A stretch of DNA of 11,112 nucleotides, taken from contig JAEOTS010000035.1 in the NCBI GenBank assembly GCA_016839745.1, positions 1-11,112 of the forward strand, written 5' to 3'. The position numbers were made by a program, and so were the translations under genes. Position 1 is the stretch's first letter. Each line of letters opens with the position of its first letter. This DNA is from Promethearchaeota archaeon. GTDB lineage: Archaea > Asgardarchaeota > Lokiarchaeia > Sigyniarchaeales > SOKP01. This document shows, piece by piece, positions 6,358 to 11,112 of this stretch. Below the pieces are notes generated by a model that worked only from the letters and a program-made list of their open reading frames with translations, had not been told where the DNA came from and did no database searches.

Positions 6358-7971
6358 TTATCTGGAGTGCTTCGCCAATCCTTCGTGCAATACGAATAAA
6401 CCAATCAAAAGAAGGAATACTACTAATCCCGGTATAAAACTAGCCCAAGGCGCATTGTACATCTGAACCCTTGCCATAGCAATAAGTTCACCAAAATTAA
6501 TTGACACAGGATCACCAAACCCTAAAAATCCTAATGCTATATTAAGTATAATAGAAAATCCAATAAACAAGGGCACGTATGCGAGTATTTTTTTTCCAAT
6601 GGGAACGATCCGGAATTCCGCACTAGCGATTATTCGTGTAAACCTGGGTACAAGTAATAAGCCAGTTGTAAATATCAAAAGTCCAATAGTGCTTCCCAAA
6701 ATCCTTGTAAAGAACATAATAATAAGTATTCCTGGCAAAACGTAAAAGATCAACATTAAACCCATGATTAAAGTATGTCCTATGTAATTAAATTTATTAG
6801 CCAACAACCCGAATATCAAACCTCCGATTAAACCAATAATAACGGTTCCGAACCCGAATAACAGAGAATCTCGCGTGCCGTATACCACTAAAGCAAGCAC
6901 ATCCCTTCCAGAATTTGTTTGTCCTAAGGGATGATCTGGTGAAGGAGGACCGAAAGGTCCAGCATAAAAGCCAATAGCTTCTTCAAAAGTGTATTCGGTT
7001 ACTAATTGAGGGAAAATCGATATGAGAATCGGTACTATAACGGCTACTAATCCAATAATAGTTAATGGGGATTTTACAAGTTTAATCCCATAATTCTTTA
7101 ACTCTATTCTAACACTACTTCTCGGCTCTCTTTCTGTGAGGTCGTCTAAATCTTTTTCTGGTTGGATATCATCCTTTAAGAATCTAATAAGGCAAAAAAT
7201 TAAGTGTGATATGAAAAGAGTGATAATAAATGCTATTAGTATCACGATTATGCAAGCTCTCAGTAATAAGATATCCAGACTGACAATAGCCGTTAGTAAG
7301 GATTGGCTAAAACCGTGTAAATTAAATATTGTTTCGATTAAAATAACATACATAAAAATTAAACCGAATACCGCACTAGTTCTAGCAGTGTTTGAAATGA
7401 TCTTCTTTTTACTATAGGAGTCTTCCGATAATTGAGAACAAGTAACTCTCGTAATTAACGCCGTAATTGCAAAGGTTAATACAAACCAAGGTAAAATATA
7501 ATGAACTATGGTATCCGCTGCTAAATACGATTCTCCTGAGATAATTGAATCTAATATCCGAAATCCGGTAACAAAAGCTGGATCCGGGTACCAAATAGTT
7601 TTATAATGAATTGCAGGAAGTATCGGTATTTGGTATGCAAACGTGTACTGTAGATACATGCCACTAAATATTATTGGAACCGCAACACCTAAAGCACCCA
7701 GTAATCTAAACCCCATCTTTATCCATCTTTCCTCGGCTCGATTTGAAATTCTGCCAAATACATATCCTATGATTGTACCGGTATATAAAGGTAAAATAAG
7801 AAATTCTATTGTGCGTGGAATTCTCGCACTCAACATTTCAATATTTTCTGCTGGTATGGTTAAGTAAAAAAGCAGAAATAAAGTTATTAATCCCGCAAAT
7901 AAAACGACTACTCCGATTACGATTGATAGTAAGAATATTATGCGATGTTTTTTATCCAATTTTTTTATCAC
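6358..7971 (-). CDS. Fused DppB/OppB-DppC/OppC-like ABC peptide/nickel permease (divergent)
   Basis: The N-half has DppB-like ARIPRTIEFL, TGFRILDSIISG...DTIVHYILP and IETIFNLHGF. A charged linker KDDIQPEKDLDDLTEREPRSS follows. The C-half has DppC-like PPSPDHPLGQTNSGRDVLALVVYGTRDSL, LGFLGFG..P..NFGELI and APWASFIPG. Many TM segments. Confidence 0.88.
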   Translation of the reverse strand: MIKKLDKKHRIIFLLSIVIGVVVLFAGLITLFLLFYLTIPAENIEMLSARIPRTIEFLILPLYTGTIIGYVFGRISNRAEERWIKMGFRLLGALGVAVPIIFSGMYLQYTFAYQIPILPAIHYKTIWYPDPAFVTGFRILDSIISGESYLAADTIVHYILPWFVLTFAITALITRVTCSQLSEDSYSKKKIISNTARTSAVFGLIFMYVILIETIFNLHGFSQSLLTAIVSLDILLLRACIIVILIAFIITLFISHLIFCLIRFLKDDIQPEKDLDDLTEREPRSSVRIELKNYGIKLVKSPLTIIGLVAVIVPILISIFPQLVTEYTFEEAIGFYAGPFGPPSPDHPLGQTNSGRDVLALVVYGTRDSLLFGFGTVIIGLIGGLIFGLLANKFNYIGHTLIMGLMLIFYVLPGILIIMFFTRILGSTIGLLIFTTGLLLVPRFTRIIASAEFRIVPIGKKILAYVPLFIGFSIILNIALGFLGFGDPVSINFGELIAMARVQMYNAPWASFIPGLVVFLLLIGLFVLHEGLAKHSR

Positions 7972-8146
7972 TTTTTTATGTTTTTGTCAATATTAAGTTA
8001 TTACGATTATTTAGATCTCATTAGTTTTAAACTTGAATGTAAAGAACCAACTCTTTTTAGAGTAGGATTTGAGAGTAAAATAGGAAAAAAAAAATAAGAG
8101 TAATTATTTTACGATAGTCTTTTCCTTGTCTTTATTTTTTTAAAGA

Positions 8147-8154
8147 TTTAAATA
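8147..8154 (+). promoter_or_regulatory. Candidate TATA box for the small HTH gene
   Basis: TTTAAATA ends 25 nt before the ATG at 8180. AT-rich background. Confidence 0.35.
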
Positions 8155-8179
8155 ATTTAGCATATTTTTTATAAAGATT

Positions 8180-8395
8180 ATGAAAGAAATTGATAGTGTT
8201 GAATATTTTGATATTAATGAGATTATTAATGAGATTCGCGAAATGATCCATAAGGAGATAAGTGCAGAAGAAATAAGAGAGTATTTTGAAGAAGGTATAA
8301 TTATAGGAAAAAAAATAGAAAACGAGTGGTATGGGAGTCAAAATGCGATCGTTGACCTCTCTATTGAATTAAAAGGGAAAGACATAGAGTTTTAA
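8180..8395 (+). CDS. Small excisionase/MerR-like (HTH_17-type) helix-turn-helix protein, acidic
   Basis: Pattern YFDINEI...ISAEEIREYFEEGIIIGKKIENEWY fits the Xis/HTH_17 consensus Y..EA...+S..T+R.++..G.+.g.K+G..W. Confidence 0.65.
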   Translation: MKEIDSVEYFDINEIINEIREMIHKEISAEEIREYFEEGIIIGKKIENEWYGSQNAIVDLSIELKGKDIEF

Positions 8396-8475
8396 AAGTA
8401 TATCTTTTAAATTTGTAGCTTAGATCATTTAAAATTAAGAATAAATGAATTTAATTAAATGCTCTATATTTTATT

Positions 8476-8488
8476 AAAAAAAAAAGAA
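8476..8488 (-). terminator. Oligo-T terminator
   Basis: The minus strand reads TTC followed by T10 immediately after the TAA of the large membrane-anchored protein gene. Confidence 0.6.
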
Positions 8489-11110
8489 TTATTTGATAGC
8501 AGATTTTTGCTTGTTTTTTGCTTTTTCGGAGTATTTCGTTTTCGAAGTTGTAAAGACTACACCTAAAGGCGCCCCTATCATAGCAATAATTAAGGGAAAA
8601 GTAATGAGCGCATCGTTTTCATACCCTTCAAGCGTTTGATCTCCCGGGATGGGTCCAGCACCCGTGTAGGTAAAGCTCGTATCCATAACGAATTGTGAAC
8701 TGGAGTGATAGGGATCGTCTAGGTAAAGTTCAAAATCGTAGATTCCACTGTAGGAAGGTCGATACACCAAACAAAACTCGGTGCTCTGCAATCCGTTATC
8801 CGAAGTTAAAAATACGGTGTCTATATAATTGTCACCTCTATAAACATGGGCAAACATCGAGCCATCAAATATTGGTTGTTCTCCTGAAGCAAAGCGATGA
8901 GAAGCATTTACTATTATCTCTATGATTGACTCTGTTTTTGAAATGGAAATCCCGTAAATAGTATCAAAATTAGTGTTAAACGAGATAGATGATTGCGCTA
9001 CCTTAGTGCTCCCGTCATAAACAAATAATTCCCCTATAATTACCGGATAATTGTTTGGATCCACTGGGATATGAATCTCTTTTTGGTGAGTATGATTAAT
9101 CATTTGGTCAAACACGATTGTTCCGAGTTGTACACTCTCCAGCTTAACCGTCGTGTACTGACCGAAATCCGAAAGAATTAGGTTATCTAAATCAACAGAA
9201 AAGGTATTACTACTCCCTAAAGTGGTGGATTTAGAATATCTAGCGTTTATCCTTACTTGATCGTTTTTTGCCATTTCACACACCCACAAAAATGCTTCTT
9301 GTTCAAGGATAGTTCTTTCCGTAGTTAAGTAAAACTCGTTGTAAATATTTGAATAAATCGATTGGATTAAGAAATGCGTTTGTTCTATATCAAACGTAAT
9401 CGATATGTCTAAAGCGTCTGAAATTTTGTAGCAGTAATATAAGTTTTTTATATTGGAATAGTTCAGATTATTTATCACAAAATTTTCAATTTTGTTAACA
9501 TCCAAACTGAATTGACCAAGAGTTTCTAAAATGTAAATTGAGTAGTATAAATTTTCTAAGGCTAACTCGACTGAATCAGAATAATCAACTTCAAAGTATA
9601 ACTCCGTTGGAGACTCTATTATGTTTCTAACGATATACGTCGCTAGAGCCGTTCTATCAAAACCTAAATCTGAAAAGTAGAGTCCTGTAATACTACCGAG
9701 AGATAAGAAATCATCGATAAGTTCCATGGCATTGATCGCGTAAAAAGAGTATTTTAAATAAATCAGCTCGTTTTTTCGCTCTGAAGAGTAACCTGCGTCA
9801 TTGAAACAGAAAGCTCCAAAATTTTGTGTGTATAATGGATCGAGAAATTGGGAATCAATTACATTTTGTAAGACAATATTCAAGTCATAACTAGCAGCGA
9901 AGTCGTTTAGCTTATAAATTTTATTCAAAGCATCAAGAGTTTTAAAGATATCTTTATTAGAATTTATTGAGTTCATATCTTCGATATATTTGTGGTAACC
10001 TGTAGAATAATAATCGATCGGTTTCGTGCGGAAATTCGCTTTAGATAAATCAAGGTTTGTACAAGCAAAAAAATCGTACTCTCCATCACTTTCCTTTACC
10101 GTTCCCTCTAAAAGATCGTATAATACTTGGATATTTAACTCACCTAGACGATCAAAATGTTCATAGGAGGATACAACATTATGAATTAGATCCACTGAAG
10201 TATAATCCTCTGACAGCAATGAGTAGCCATTATTTTGAGAAAAGTAATCTATGTATTGCTGTATTTCATCTTTTTCACTTATAGTTAATACTGAAATATC
10301 ACCGGTGTTTAAAAGCGAGCGGGTTATTTGGAAAGTATCTATTAACTCGTGAATCTTCACCGTTGTAGACGCTTCCCAACCTCCAAGATAAAACCGATTA
10401 TTTAAAATAAAATTTATTACCTCGGGTCGATCAAAATTAGTGAATCCCGTAATATCTGACAACTCTAAACCTATCGCAGTCGCTACAATATTAGAATAGT
10501 TAGAAACCCAAACCATCGAGGCCAAATCGAAATAAAACTCACCAGGGTGATAAAGGCCGGTTAGATCTTGGTGGAACTTATTTTTGTCTATTACATCTAC
10601 ATAGGCAGTCCCGAACGTTTCTAAAGTCTTAATGCAGTAATAGGAAGCGAACTGATTGGGTTCAATTTCCATTAGTGAATCAAACAAAGGTTCGTTATCG
10701 TTATAAAATCCCGTACTAGAACTTAGAGATTGCAAATTTTCAATATAGGAGACAATATCGCTTCTCTCTTGAGAATATTGGTTCCAGTCTATACCAAGTA
10801 AATCGAGCGTGATCACTGCATAATAGGTGTTATCAGCTGTAGGAATCTTGAATCCCTCGTCTAAAGAGGAATCGTAGGGTTGGCCAATAAAACCATGAAG
10901 ATTAGGATGATAACAATCCCAGATAAAATCAATCATTTCAGCAACATCTATTTGGTTCAAACTGTTTAAGAGATTCAAAGAAAGTACGGCGTAGCAATTA
11001 ACCTCTAACAAAGTAGATAATGGAAGATATCTACGTGGTATCACAGATGCTAAATATCTTAATGAGTTCTCGTCTAAAAATTGATACGAACTTGAATTAT
11101 AAAAGGAAAG
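8489..11110 (-). CDS. Large membrane-anchored protein with prenyltransferase/squalene-oxidase-like alpha/alpha repeats, C-terminal beta-sandwich region and single TM helix (5'-truncated by the window edge)
   Basis: The frame stays open upstream of GTG 11044 to the window end (LSFYNSSSYQFLDENSLRYLAS-VIPRR). About ten repeats of type G-F/W...TYYAV.TL..LG (NTYYAVITLDLLG, ASYYCIKTLETFG, DTFQITRSLLNTG, YSFYAINAMELID, NLYYSIYILETLG). Beta-rich region at about 8650-9259. TM ALITFPLIIAMIGAPLGVVF (8552-8611), then a Lys-rich tail. Confidence 0.85.
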   Translation of the reverse strand, partial: LSFYNSSSYQFLDENSLRYLASVIPRRYLPLSTLLEVNCYAVLSLNLLNSLNQIDVAEMIDFIWDCYHPNLHGFIGQPYDSSLDEGFKIPTADNTYYAVITLDLLGIDWNQYSQERSDIVSYIENLQSLSSSTGFYNDNEPLFDSLMEIEPNQFASYYCIKTLETFGTAYVDVIDKNKFHQDLTGLYHPGEFYFDLASMVWVSNYSNIVATAIGLELSDITGFTNFDRPEVINFILNNRFYLGGWEASTTVKIHELIDTFQITRSLLNTGDISVLTISEKDEIQQYIDYFSQNNGYSLLSEDYTSVDLIHNVVSSYEHFDRLGELNIQVLYDLLEGTVKESDGEYDFFACTNLDLSKANFRTKPIDYYSTGYHKYIEDMNSINSNKDIFKTLDALNKIYKLNDFAASYDLNIVLQNVIDSQFLDPLYTQNFGAFCFNDAGYSSERKNELIYLKYSFYAINAMELIDDFLSLGSITGLYFSDLGFDRTALATYIVRNIIESPTELYFEVDYSDSVELALENLYYSIYILETLGQFSLDVNKIENFVINNLNYSNIKNLYYCYKISDALDISITFDIEQTHFLIQSIYSNIYNEFYLTTERTILEQEAFLWVCEMAKNDQVRINARYSKSTTLGSSNTFSVDLDNLILSDFGQYTTVKLESVQLGTIVFDQMINHTHQKEIHIPVDPNNYPVIIGELFVYDGSTKVAQSSISFNTNFDTIYGISISKTESIIEIIVNASHRFASGEQPIFDGSMFAHVYRGDNYIDTVFLTSDNGLQSTEFCLVYRPSYSGIYDFELYLDDPYHSSSQFVMDTSFTYTGAGPIPGDQTLEGYENDALITFPLIIAMIGAPLGVVFTTSKTKYSEKAKNKQKSAIK

Positions 11111-11112
11111 AA

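Noticed and set aside
7110-7200. Frameshift or read-through artefact as the cause of the DppB-DppC fusion
   Set aside because: The junction is a clean in-frame hydrophilic linker with no in-frame stop or ATG and no slippery run.
7136-8024. ORFs 7136-7417, 7412-7594, 7643-7867 and 7809-8024
   Set aside because: Antisense or alternate-frame shadows of the permease with no recognisable motifs.
8132-8341. 69-aa minus-strand ORF
   Set aside because: Antisense to the HTH-like gene, which has the better motif and composition.
8489-8545. Possible di-lysine (KKxx/KxKxx) retrieval signal in the tail KNKQKSAIK
   Set aside because: There is no lysine at position -3. The tail is adequately explained by the positive-inside rule.
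8695-10284. Plus-strand ORFs 8695-8925 and 10057-10284
   Set aside because: Antisense shadows within the large repeat-protein gene.
11042-11044. GTG start proposed for the 851-aa ORF
   Set aside because: The frame continues without a stop to the window end, so the gene is 5'-truncated.
1-11112. CRISPR array, tRNA/rRNA, IS element or provirus
   Set aside because: No regularly spaced repeats, GC-rich structured RNA blocks, transposase/integrase motifs or terminal repeats were seen. Intergenic gaps are short and AT-rich.

Overview
AT-rich, gene-dense archaeal window whose gene content points to an Asgard archaeon, probably Lokiarchaeia-like (inference). The evidence is a stand-alone longin-domain gene, a large membrane-anchored prenyltransferase-repeat protein and archaeal-type Hel308 and Hef helicases. 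From left to right it holds: the 3' part of a Hel308/Ski2-like helicase carrying an inserted SWIM zinc finger; a longin protein; two small hypothetical genes; a minus-strand three-gene unit (putative winged-helix protein, Hef/FANCM helicase with an apparently dead ERCC4 domain and a PIP box, zinc-ribbon/winged-helix protein); an orphan fused DppB-DppC permease that seems to have lost both ATPase-coupling (EAA) loops; a small acidic excisionase-like HTH gene; and the 3' part of a large alpha/alpha-repeat plus beta-sandwich plus TM protein with a segment resembling ribophorin II. I saw no RNA genes, CRISPR arrays or mobile elements. All family calls come from motif recognition by eye, not from database searches.
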